The notes under the pieces were generated by a model that was given only the letters and a program-made list of their open reading frames with translations, was not told the DNA's origin and ran no database searches. Positions 40,301 through 53,400 of a stretch of DNA of 64,000 nucleotides are shown piece after piece (position 1 is the first letter of the stretch; each line of letters opens with the position of its first letter). The stretch comes from Lytechinus pictus. Taxonomy: Eukaryota. The stretch lies in the NCBI RefSeq assembly GCF_037042905.1, contig NC_087250.1, positions 21,888,001 to 21,952,000 of the forward strand. Reading direction: 5' to 3'. Made by a program: the position numbers and the translations under genes.

Positions 40301-43300
40301 TGATATAAACCATGAATTTCCAAATTGGGAATGCACGAAATGCATATTTCAATACTTACCTTTTGCAGATTTTCAATCAAATATATATACAAGTTACAAG
40401 CATAAAAAAAGTTGTGAATCTTCAAAAAAGTCAAATAAATGTGGGCCTTTCTAATTCGGTTCAGACTATGAAGTTTTCTGATTTTGATAATCATGGTATT
40501 AAATGTGCACATCTTAATATTCGCAGTCTATACAGAAATATTGATGAAATTCGAGTTTTATTGCATGATAACGACATAAACATCCTAGCACTTAATGAAA
40601 CTCTTCTAGATGAGTCTATTCATGATAATGAACTTCGTATACAGGACTATGAACTAATACGTAAAGACCGTAATCGTAATGGGGGCGGTGTTGCTATTTA
40701 CATTAAATGTTCAATATCGCATGAATTAGTAAATTCACAAGTTCTTGACCCGCTTGAACTCTTATTAATTAAAGTGCGACCTAAGTTCTCCACTCCATTC
40801 CTATTCATTTCATGGTATCGCCCACCAGACAGTAAAGCTGATAGTTTAGATAAGTATGAACATGTCCTTTCGTTCGCTGATGCTTTTCACTTAAATATCA
40901 TTGTGATGGGTGATGTAAACTTTGATATAAGTAAGAGTTTCAAGTCAAATGTTATGAAGCGTTACGAAGAAATAAATAATTTGTATTCAATGCAACAGAT
41001 AAATTGTGATCTGTATACTCGGGTCACTCACAATACTAGGAGCTTAATAGATCACATGCTCACAAACGCAGTTGAGAATATTAAATCTCATGGTGTAATC
41101 AGTCTCGGGTTAAGTGACCATGACTTGTGCTTTTTGATTTTGAACTTTAGATCTATTCATATTCCTAATACAATCAACTATAGAAATCTTAAGTACGTGA
41201 ATCTAGAATCTTTTCATAGTCATTTGTCCAAACATTCTTGGAATGAAATAAGTGCTTCTAGAACCATTGACGATGCTGTTAATTTATGGGAATCTTTTTT
41301 GATGGATTCTATAAATGAGTTTGCCCCAATTAATGCAGATATTAAGAAAACGATGACGAAACGGAATGAATTAAAAAAGAAAGCATCAAAGAACAGTGAC
41401 GAAAGTGTTATGAACATGTATCGTAAAACAAGAAATTTGGTTACCAAAATGTGTAGGAAAGCAAAAAAGGCTCATTTCTCAAAGCAATTACAAAATATTT
41501 CCACTACTTCAAGCAGGAATGTCTGGACTGTACTCAAACCTTTATTGCCTTCTAAAAAATCATGTAAAAACGGTGCTACTGAAGATAATAATGATTATTT
41601 GTTAGCTACAAACTTCAACAATTTCTTTGCTAATGTTGGTTCTGAACTGGCTTCTGCCATTCCAACTGCAACGAATAATCGTGCAGATTCTGACTCTGTT
41701 AACAATAGCCCTCTACAATCGTGTTTTGAATTTAATCCAGTTACCGAGGATGATGTTCAGAAGATAATTTTGGGGTTGAATAATAAAAAATCAACTGGTG
41801 TTGATGATATCTCTTTAATGATGTTAAAAATGGCAACGCCTACTATTATACCATCTCTCACACTAATTTTTAATAGATCATTATCTGAACACGTGTTTCC
41901 TACAAGATGGAAGAAATAAAAAATTGTACCAATTCATAAATCGGGTGACAAAAAGTCACCTAACAACTACAGGCCGATATCCATATTACCTTCTGTTTCC
42001 AAAATCCTCGAGAAACTCGTTCAAATACAATTAACAGAATATTTGAAATGTCACAATGTATTGTCTAAAGCCCAGTCATGATTTAGGAAAAATCACTCGA
42101 CTATTACAACACTTGTGGAAGTTACCGATGATTGGCTAAATGCAATGGACCACGGTCTGTACACTGGTGCGGTCTTTATCGACTTACGCAAAGCGTTTGA
42201 TACTGTGGATCCTGATATTCTTTTAAAGAAATTATCTAACATTGGTGTATCTTCTGTTTGCTTATCTTGGTTTTCAAGGTATCTAAAGGGTCGTCGTATA
42301 TATACCCAATTTAACTCATCTACTTCTGCGGACTCCGATATAAACTACGGTGTCCCTCAAGGATCTATACTGGGTCCGCTTTTGTTCCTAATTTATATTG
42401 ATGATATCGTAAAGCATATTAAAAATTGTTCTATTCACCTATATGCTGATGACACGGTAGTCTATTTCTCCCATAAAAACGTAACAACTATTGAAACCCA
42501 ACTGAATTCTGAGCTGAAAAGAATAAACACCTGGTTGTGTGCTTCCAAACTAAGTCTTAACTGTGATAAAACAGTATGTATGCTATTTGGCTCTGGAAAA
42601 ATGATTGGTAAATGTAATCGGTTGAACTTGAATGTAAATGGAATACATATAAAACAAGTGGAATCAACCAAATATCTTGGCATGTTGTTAGATCCCAGTT
42701 TAAAGTGGAATTTGCATATTGAATATATATGTTTTAGAATAAGCAAACTCGTATGTTTATTAGCCCGACTGCGTCACTATATTGATCAGAAAAATTTGAA
42801 AATTGTGTACAATGCCATTATCCTCCCCATATTTGATTATGGTGATATAGTATATGGTTCAGCATGTGCAAAATACATCGAGCCATTGCAGAAACTTCAA
42901 AACAGAGCATGCAGAAGTATATTACGAATAAGTCCATAAAGTCGCGTGTAATACGTGAGTTACATGTTTGTTTGGGTTGGAAAACCTTATCAACCAGACG
43001 TTGTTGTCATCTAAATACAATGGTCTTTGAGGCCTTAAATGAACTTGCTCCTCAATATTTAAAAGTATTTTTCCAACATACCAGTAGCCAGTATAATTAT
43101 TCTCTCAGGTCCCATGGAAATTTAATATTAGCAAAACCTAAAACAAATTATTGTAAACGTTCATTCTCGTACAGAGGTGCTTCTCAATTCAATAATCTCC
43201 CTGCAAATCTAAAGGTCCCTTGTAGTCTCAAAGTATTCTTACATAGGCTCAATGCCTTCCTCCCTGATCTATGAAGTATTTTGAATTTGATACTGGAACC

Positions 43301-46300
43301 CCCCCCCCATGTCCCCTATTTCCTCCTTATGCTCTAAGAGATTTTTGTAACAATTTTCTTAATAACTTGTGTTTTAATCATTGGACCCCATGGAAGAACA
43401 GTACTGTCTATGGGCAGAGCTGAACTGGGTGTCCTTCCGATTTCACTATTTCTCATGTCTATCTCATATTTTTTTGTATATATCTGTTCTAATTTGTTAT
43501 TCTTTTATACTTTGCTTTTATATGTTCATTTGTACATTCATGTTTTTTTTTTATTGTGAATTTCGGAAAATAAATAAATACAAATAAATAAATACTTATA
43601 CGTGTATTACTAGCAATATAAAAAAGACTTATTTACACTAATGATACTTTGTCTTGTACATGTAACACATTTCTATTGATCTATTTGTTTTTTATGATCC
43701 ATGACAGGATTGGCTACCATACATACCATAATGTGGTATATATCTGAGATTAAATCATGCCATTAATAAGCAAAAGGGCATCTGCCCAAGTGGGTGCACC
43801 TGATTAATCCAGTTGTTTTGATACAATAATAATAATGAATTGGTGAATCCTCTCTTCTTGGATAATAAAACACATAATTAACATAAACTCTCCTCTTAAT
43901 GCCAAATGGCAGCATACCTGAAATTATACAAGTAATGTACTGCATATGAAACACTTAAGAAAAAAAAGGAAAAACAAAAGAAAAAACATAATCAGTTCTA
44001 AGTTTTTCAGCTTCCTTGTTTACTTAGTCTTTATGTCAGAATTGTGAAGTTTTTAGAGTTCTCCATGGCTATGTCCTCATTTGAACTTAATGTAATCTCT
44101 TCAGAATGTTTCTCATTGTCATGTAGGTTTTCGGTTACTTCTTGTTACTTCTTGCAAATCAATGTACTTTTTATTTCACTACAATGACCTTTCCTGAAGT
44201 GTCTCTATAACAAAGCTTGTCCGGATATGAGAAAAACGTTTTTTTTCTTCTCTTCTTTCAGCTTTAGAAACTTGGGTTGTTTCTTTTTCCGTAGTTGCTG
44301 AACGCGCCAAGATAAGTCTTCTGCGACAAAGACACGAACTTCCTGGTTGTTTTGCTGATACTTGGACTGCTTCAGCTTCTGAATACATTTTTTCCTGATC
44401 CTTTCCTTTGCAGCAAACGTAGCAAAAGCCACATGTATCCTCCTCGGTTGTCTTGGTTGTCCTGGGTGGGAAACTATGGTGGCCCTGAAGGGACATCGCA
44501 AATAGACCAAATCGCGAATATTCACGACGAAATTGGCGACGAAATTCACGACGTCGCCAATTTCGTCGTGAATTTCGTCGTCAATTTGAATATATTCACG
44601 ACGAAATTGGCGACGAAAGCCTAACAACCATATGGTCCAATAAACATTTGGTCCAGTCATCACTTCGTCTAATCACCAGTTCGTCTATGACCATTTCGTC
44701 TCACAACTAGTTGGTCTAATATCAATTTTATTTTCCTTAATTTCGCCCAATTAACACTTAGTTCAATTGGACCAAATGGCATATGGAATAAATGGCAATT
44801 GGACCAACTTGGTTATTAGATAAAATGGCAGTTAGACCATGTGGATAGTGGACGAACTGATGGTGGACCAAATGAAAGCAGACGAGTTGGCATTAGACCA
44901 ATTGAACAAAAAAACATTGAAACGACAGAACGATGTCCACTGCTATCCATATGCATATCCAGGGGGGAGGGGGGCCGAGGGGCCCGCCCCCCCCCCCCCC
45001 CTATTGGCGGAGCCAAAAAAAAGGGAAAAAGGAAAGAAAGAAAAAAAAAAGGAGGGAAAAGAGAGAAGAAAAAAAGAAGAGGAGGAGACGAGTGAATAAA
45101 GTAAGATGAGGGGAAGACATGGAAATAAAAATAATATTTCATGTCACTATATAAAATTTTCGCTCGCGCTTCGCGCTCACATTGCCTGTTAGGTGATGTT
45201 CATATCTTGTTCAATATGGAGTTTAAATATCAAGTTTGGAAGTCAATATACAAAACATATTTCATCTCGAAAATCAAACTTTCATTATTTTGCGTGATTT
45301 ACAAATTGATTTTTAAAAAGTGCTCTGTAAATATGACAGTTTTATGGTCTGAATATTAACATTTTCCGCTCGCGCTGCGCGCCCGCAAATTTCGATTTAT
45401 CAGGTACCTATTATTTTCGTGTATTCCATAAAGTTTTCAAAATATCCCTTTTCAGGTCTGATTGTCACAACGTATCAGCTAGCGCTACACGCTCGCATTT
45501 TGATCGTATGTCTCAATATTGATTATACAATCCCCTTTCATGACAATGCAAAGATTTAGGCTCGCATTAATTGTTAAAATATATTAACTGATGCATCCTA
45601 TTTATAATATTTATAATAATTGAATTGTCCCTTTTGTTTCATATCTCGCGCTTAGCAAGGGGAATAGGAAGACATTCATCATTTTCATATGATGACATGT
45701 CCTAAGGATGTACCGGTCCTATGTCAAAACTCAAAGTAATTTTAATGAAAAAAAATCAGCTCTGTGCGATCCATATCCACTTAACAATTTTCTTACAAAG
45801 TGCTTGAAATATAGAGCTGAAATTGACTCTTTTTTTTCAGATCGGAATATCAAATAGTTTAAGCTCGCGCTTCGCGCTCGCTTTGATTTTCATGATAAAA
45901 GATGTATTTAGAATGCCTAGATTCTAGGTCTAAATATGAAACACGCTCGCGTATGTTTATTCAGATATTCAACTTGTTCTCTACTTAAATCATTATCCAG
46001 TTTCAGATCACAATATAAACAATTTTCTGCTCGCACTTTGTGCTTACATCATTAATGTAGGAATTACTTATTCTTTTCCAAATTTACAAAACATGAATAG
46101 AGTGTCCGTATTTAGGTCTAAATCTCGATTTTTTTTTTCCGCTCGCGCTTCGCACTCGCATCAATTGTTTATTATATACCTATTCTGTTTCAGTTACAAA
46201 AAGTCCTTAGAATTTCAATTTTTAAGTAAAAATGTCAAAAAAATTCAGCTCGCGCATCGCGCTCGCATTATTTGATTTTTAAAATATATAACGTCTTCAT

Positions 46301-49300
46301 GACTAACTGCATGCAGTCTTTAACAGGTACTTATTCCACCAGTTCATTTCTGCTCGCGCTTCGCGTTCGTAGTAATTATTTATTTGCATACACATCTTTT
46401 TTAGGAAAACAAACATTGCCCAGAATGTTCAAATTATAGGAAAAATTACATAAGATTTCCAAAAAAAATTAGCTCGCTCTTCGCGCTCACATTATATAAA
46501 TAAGGATTATGATATTATATATTTATGTTGATTTATAAGAATAAAGCTAAGAAGACCACCCCTTCACAGAAACCAAAAATCCTCTTTGAGCGGCCGATCG
46601 GGGAAAATATGGCTGAAAAATAATTCTGCCCCCCCCCCCTATTGGCGAAGGCTGGATCCGCCCCTGGAACACCTAACAGGCAATGCGAGTGTGAAGCGCG
46701 AGCGAAAATTTTATATAGTGACATGAAAGATTCTTTTTATTTCCATGTCTTCCCCTCATCTTATTTTTTTAACTCGTCTTCCTCCTCTTCTTTTTTTTCT
46801 CCTCTCTTTTCCCTAATTTTTTGTTAAAAATTGGGCGAATTTAAGGAAAATAAAATTGATATTACACCAACTAGTTATGAGACGAAATGGTCATAGACGA
46901 ACTGGTGATTAGATGAAGTGATGACTGGACCGAATGTTTATTGGACCATAATATGGTTGTTAGGCGAAAAGTTAATGGACAGAATTGCATTAGACTAAAT
47001 GAATGTAGATCGACCCTGCAGTGGAGGAATTAGCAGCAGACGAATTGGTTTCAACCCGCATACCGCCCAGGCAAGCAAAACAAATTCACGACGAAATTGG
47101 CGACGAAATTCACAACGTCGTGAATTTCGTCGTGAATATTCGCGATTTGGTCTATATTTGCGATGTCCCTTCAGGGCCACCATAGGAAACGGGGCGAGTT
47201 GATGTCCTGTGGACCCTTTCTATTTGTGCTATGTCATCATTAGCAGCATCAGCATAGCGGAGAAAATCGACCACGATCTTATGGCAACCTTCCTTCTCTA
47301 CTTCTGGCAACCCAAAGATCACCAAATTGCACCTTCTACTTCTATTCTGTAAGTCATCAAGTTTATCAACAAGGCTCTCGTTTTCTTCTCTGAGCCATTT
47401 CACTTCATCTTTCACATTACACTGGTCAAAGTCCATACTTTTTATCTTTTCCTCTTGGCAGCTGATTTTCATCGTTAGATCACCGATTTGTTTACTGAGA
47501 ATATTTCCCAGCCGTTCTTCGAAACGTGTTTCAAAGCGTGAGAAAAAAATCCAAGAACCACTCAGGGGGTGACTCTTTTCTCTCGTCGTAGCTAAGTTTT
47601 TTTCTACTGCGTTTAGCCTCCATATTTGCACCGTCTTGATCACGAAGCGCCAAACGATCTAACGAGCTACTGCGAACTTCTCTACCGGGTCTGGGCCGGG
47701 GGCTGTACTCTAAAGTACCGCTCAGCTTGGGCTTTTTAGTTGCTGGTGAATTCGATTTACTACTGGGGGTACTTACAAGATTGCGAAAGTCTTTCGTCTG
47801 TTCCATCCCTTCCCAATTTAGACTATAGAATGTCATAAATCACTGTCCAATATGTCCTGATTTGATCCCCTTAGTTATTTCGGCTCAGAACGAAAATATG
47901 TCTGTCCTCATGGTTGTACGAAGAGCGCCCTCCCAGTCCAACCAAATATTGATAATTCCAACTATGTTTTAAGGACGTTCCACAGTTATATTTGTGCGCA
48001 TTATGATCTGCGCATAGTTTACACTCTGCGCGCTGACGTCACAATGGATGAACAGGTATTAATTAGCTGCGGGTATGAGCTGATTTTTCTCATCTTCTGC
48101 ACTTTAACTGCAGATCCGATGCGTTATTTCATGAAGCTAAAAAATGAATTATTCCATGGACCATTCCAACAAATATTTTCTACAATTTCAAAATACTTTA
48201 CTCTGCAGTGCTGCCAAGAATCACGAATATTAGCCCGAGTTTGAATAAATGGTAGAGTGGTTTTGATTTTTTCTTCACATAGATACTAAGCATTCGGCCC
48301 ATTTTTGGTGTTTTAAAAAGCACATTTGCTCTAATAAAAATGCTGATAGTTTAAAAACAAGCACATGAACCCCTATTTTTTAATGTTTGTACCTCTTAGG
48401 TATACCTTCCTCTACAACTCTGCAAATTTTGGTGAAAATGACATGGATTTTGAATAAAGTGCAGCATTTATTGTACGTTTGTAGTTTGTTACTGAAATTT
48501 TACATTTTTCAGATTGGGATTTTGTTATCTTTTACGCCATTTTTAAGAACTGACAGTGCTGTTAAACTTAAAATTGCAAACAAATAGCACTATTAATAGA
48601 TTCTCCATTCTAACGATACAATTATTAACTCTCTTGCGAAATTTGATGACTTTTTCATGTATTTTGAATGAGTAATGGAGGTTTAAACTCATTGTAGTAA
48701 TCTTGGGCGGTCTAAAAATGCCAAATTCTTTTGAATGCGCAATTCTTAAGAACATCAATTTGGGTGAACTTTGAAGCTCTATAGCAAAAAATCAAGCACA
48801 TGGACCTATGTTAATTTTTGCATATTTCGAATATTAAGGTTCTAAAGTATCTATGTGCAAAGTTTGGTAAAAATGACATGGATTTCACTTTAACTGTGGA
48901 ACGTCCTTAAAAGGAAACGCCTGATATGTTTGTTTTATATCCCTCTTTAACTTGTGGACCTAGTCCTTGCTGATATGTAACCAAATTCTCACGTTGCCGG
49001 ACGTAGTCCTACAATGTAGGCCTGTCGAGCTAATGCTTACCAGTTCCTGGGTAGACTACGAGCGGCGTCTACTTGTCTACCGGCTGCAGGTAATGAGAGG
49101 TCCGCTGCACTGCGCCGCTGCAGTTGCACTCATAATCAAATTGTAAACGCGCAGGCTAAGTAACGGATCTTGACTCACCTTGGTGCTTGTTAGGTATAAT
49201 TTGAATAATCCCGTATGAAAGGCCGTCATGGATAAAATTTTCTGCCTGATAATCTAGACCTGATTCCACACTGTTTTTTTTTTCAGATTGTCGGTAAGTA

Positions 49301-50393
49301 ATTTAAGCGAGAGCTTGAATTTTTTTTTTTTTTTTTTTTTTTTTTGCGGATATCGGGTCAGGGAGCATGCGCAGTTTAACGTTAAAAGAGAATGAAACAT
49401 TTGGAACAAGATAGTTTGTGTGAAAACAAAAAAATCTAAGTAACAGACCAACGAAAGTTTGAGAAAAATCGGACAAATAATGAGAAAGTTACGAGCATTT
49501 GAATATTGCGATCACTAATGCTATGGAGATCGTCAAATTGGCAATGCGACAAAGATGTGTGATGTCACCTGTGAACAACTCTCCCCATATAATTCACTTA
49601 AATTGCCTCTTTTATCACATCTATCAGTAGATCATTTGTTCTTTCTATAGGAGGGCATGTAATACAAATTTTAAAAATAATATATCATGGATAAAGAGTT
49701 TGTGTTACCACAAGAAAAAGCAGGAACAGACATTTCGAGGGTATTTTATAGTCCATCAAAGGGAAAGTTGTTCACATGTGACATCACACATCCTTGTCGC
49801 ACTGCCAAAGGGAGGATCTCCATAGCAATAGTGATTGCAATATTCAAATGCTCATAACTTTCTCATTATTTGTCCGATTTTTCTCAAACTTTCTTTGTTC
49901 TTATTCTTTGATTTTTGTGTTTCGACACAAGCCTACTTATTCCAAAGGTTTAATTTCCCTTTAAGGGAACATATCGAGCATGAGCATGCGCAGTTCTCCC
50001 CATGATGGTATATCGATAACTATACGGAGCTAGAAGAAAACTATACGGAGCTATTTGCAGCGATAAGCTTTCCTATTGAAATTATACTTTGTCACATGAT
50101 CGCTCATTGACCAATCGTTTATCTAGAATACTCATGAATATTCATGAGGATATAAATAAATACATACATTATATAATGAGTCTTTAACAGTGCGCATTGA
50201 TTTTTTTTATGAAAGGTGAGTTTCAAAATCCGTATGCCCATGAACAGACGTGTTTTTTAATTCTCTTTTTTTTGTTTTATCACACCATGGGCACTGACAA
50301 AGAATGCGACTTTACCTTTCATTTCTGAGAGCTACGCTCCTTTTAAAATCTACGATTTTATTTCTACGGCATTTACTAAACCATTGTGATATA

Positions 50394-50441
<48 letters not shown>

Positions 50442-53400
50442 CATATAATATGCTTTAAATCGATTTTTTTTTCTATTTTCTCAAAAATCTAGCTCCGCTG
50501 ATTGTCGCCCTCTATCGTTTACATTGGACTCGACGTCCCCTCTTGATTGGAGGATCATTTTTCATATCTCTAGGGGTCATGCTAACAGCTTTGGCTACTA
50601 ACAATGCTTTGATCGCCGTTTGTTTATCAATTTCTGGTAAGATAATGACTTGTGGTGGAATCCTTCATAATATCAAAAATAATTATATTAATAATAATAC
50701 TGATAATTATATTATTGAAATTATTAATATCATTATCAATGGGCATGAACAGGACCATAAATCCAGAAAAAACCTACAATAAAGCCCATTATTATTTTTA
50801 CTATTACCCCATCTTTAGTTAGAGCTGCCTTCTAGTGCAGAGAATTTAAGAATCATTTCTGCTGGTTACCCATATCTACTCATCTGGGTTGAGTGTAGCA
50901 CATTGCTGTAGAAAACATGCAATGGCTTCAGCGGCGTAACAGGGGTCGGTGGCCAGGGGGGGCAAGAGCCCAAAATTTCCCGGTCATATCATGGTATGAA
51001 CAGGTGTAATGGTGTAATGAGGCGACTATTTTGAGAAGGCCAGATATTGCGTATCATGCAGAATTTATCTTTAAAAAAAGTTGCGAGCGAGCAAAAATTT
51101 TGACTTTTTAATACAAAAATCAAATTTTGTGATAGATTTTGACATGATATCCAGAGAATAATATATTTCACTCTTCTTTGTGGCAGTAGCGTGAAGAGTA
51201 AAAAAAAAACGAGGGGCGCAGTATAGCACATGAGCTAAAAAGCTGCTTTATATAAGTCCCGAGCGAGAAAAAAAAATCACCTTTTCATGATAATAATAAT
51301 ACTAATAATAATACTGCTCTTATATAGCGCATAATAAACTGAAAGTTTCTCTACGCGCTTTGCAATAAAGGAAACAAAATACACATACTGCAAACAAAGA
51401 AGAATCTAACTTTGAGCTATTTTTTGATATTATATTCAGTAAATAAAATCATATTCTACACTTTTCCTTTGCTTTTCTTTCCTCCTTTTTTTTGTTCTTG
51501 TTTGTAGAACTTTTTGGGGCCATGGCCCAACCCTTCCATACGAAGTGCTGTGCGGTTGGGGTCCGGGGCGGAGCCCCCGGAATTTCTTGATATCAAAGCC
51601 ATTTAAACCTCGCAGATTGCCGCTATTTTAATCAAATCGCGGGCATGTACAGGATATAGCTTTTACACAACACATTTATTCAACCCAGTTGCGTAATGAA
51701 CCAAATATTTCGAGGGGCAAAACATAGTAATGTGGGAAAAATCTGTAAAACGTCGCCAGCGTGCAAAGCGAGCTGGAAAAAATTGCCTATTGAAATTACA
51801 TTCTAATTATGTGATAGATTTTTCATTATATTCAGCAAATAACACATTTCAATGTTTCCATTCATTTCATTATACGTTGTCTCCTATAATTTCTTTTATT
51901 TCCTCTTGGGTGTGAAACCAAGACCCCCCGCGCCTGTGCAGTGATTGAACGTGATTGTGAACGGGGGGCGTTATAGAGCCATTTGAAGGTTATAAATGAA
52001 GAGCCCCTACTGCGTGGGGTCTGGGGCAAAGCCCCGGTAGCTTATTTGCATAAAATTTAGCAAGCTTATAGCACAATGTTGTATGCAGTCCATCTTTCTC
52101 CCCGCTCTTTAATTTCAATCATCGGCAGCCCGGTCATGTTATTTTTTTTTCTTATCCCTTTTCTTTGTTTTCCAAAAATTAGCTTTTGACTAATTACATT
52201 CTACCTTTGTTTCCCGCTATTGTTTGCCATTTTGTCATCTTTTAATGTATTTCCCACCGTACTATTGCATTACATAGGCCTATTTCGGAATGATTTGTTC
52301 TTTCTCAAATGTTCTTATTTCGTATATTTTCCCGCTTTCGTTCCTTTTCTATTAAAAAAGTTTTTTCTTCGTTTTCTTTTCATTTTTTCCTTTCCCTTTC
52401 CTTTCCTCCTTTCCTTTTCCCCTTTCCTTCCCCTTTCCCTTTCTTTCTCCCTCCTTTTTTTTTTCTTTTTCCCGCTTTTCTTTTATTTTCCCGGTGAAAT
52501 CCGCCAGGGGGGGCAACTTGCCCCCCCTGCCCCCCCGCCTGTTACGCCACTGAATGGCTTGGATTCGAACCCACGCCCCAGTAATTGAAAGACGAGAGTC
52601 GTAACCAAATTTACTTAGATTGATAGATCAGGAACATCGAACCAGATTTACTTTTAGTGGCTCGAACCATCGAACCAGTGGTGGGGAGGGGGATTTAGTC
52701 CCCACTTTTTGACATATGTGCAACGTGAAAATGATAACTAGATTTTAATTCTACATGTTCACTCTCACCTTTGGGTAAGCCCCCTCGCACTTTCATAACG
52801 GTCTGGATGCACATGGCTTTATGTGGGACCGCTATCATGGCTATGGTATCGAGCTTTCAATCTGAGGCCGATTGCACGAAAGATTCTTTGCAAGGACCAT
52901 CTTTCGTTTCGCCCACATTATGATACGCCATGTGAAACGCATTTTAAATCTGTTACGGTAAACCAATCTTTGTTCATAAAATGATGTGATATCTCGGGAA
53001 ACTATATACAAATTAATTTAAAAGCTAGCCAAAGATTGGTACATGTTTATCATAAATTTCATAAATATCCAGCATACAGTGTATCATAAAAGATGGGCGA
53101 CACGTAATACGGTCCTTGGAAATACCATTTCGTGCAATTTGCCTCAGAAGACTGCGGCTTGGATTAAAGCCATATGGTTATCGTTTTGGACAGAATAAAA
53201 AAAAAAAAAAAACGTGAAAAATGTTGCCTCCTCCCATAATACAGATCGAAAAGCCATGTTTCTATTTTTTTTTTTTACTAAATTCTGTTTTTTATATTAA
53301 CAATTAATCCGGTATAACTTCTCGAGCTATTATCAGTAGGGTTAGCTGACCGATTTATTAACGAAATCTGCTGTGATTTTTTTTCTCCTATTTGACAGGA

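Larger units (their letters stand above)
34335..47935 (-). mobile_element. Near full-length degenerate L1/Tx1-clade LINE, antisense in SLC16 intron 1, interrupted by three later insertions
   Basis: ORF1 at 47836-44171 and ORF2 at 38850-34335 (see those features); ends approximate. Confidence 0.9.

Noticed and set aside
40173..40454. Stand-alone PHD-finger gene
   Set aside because: Directly precedes, by frameshift, the endonuclease of the LINE; PHD fingers are a known part of CR1/L2-group elements.
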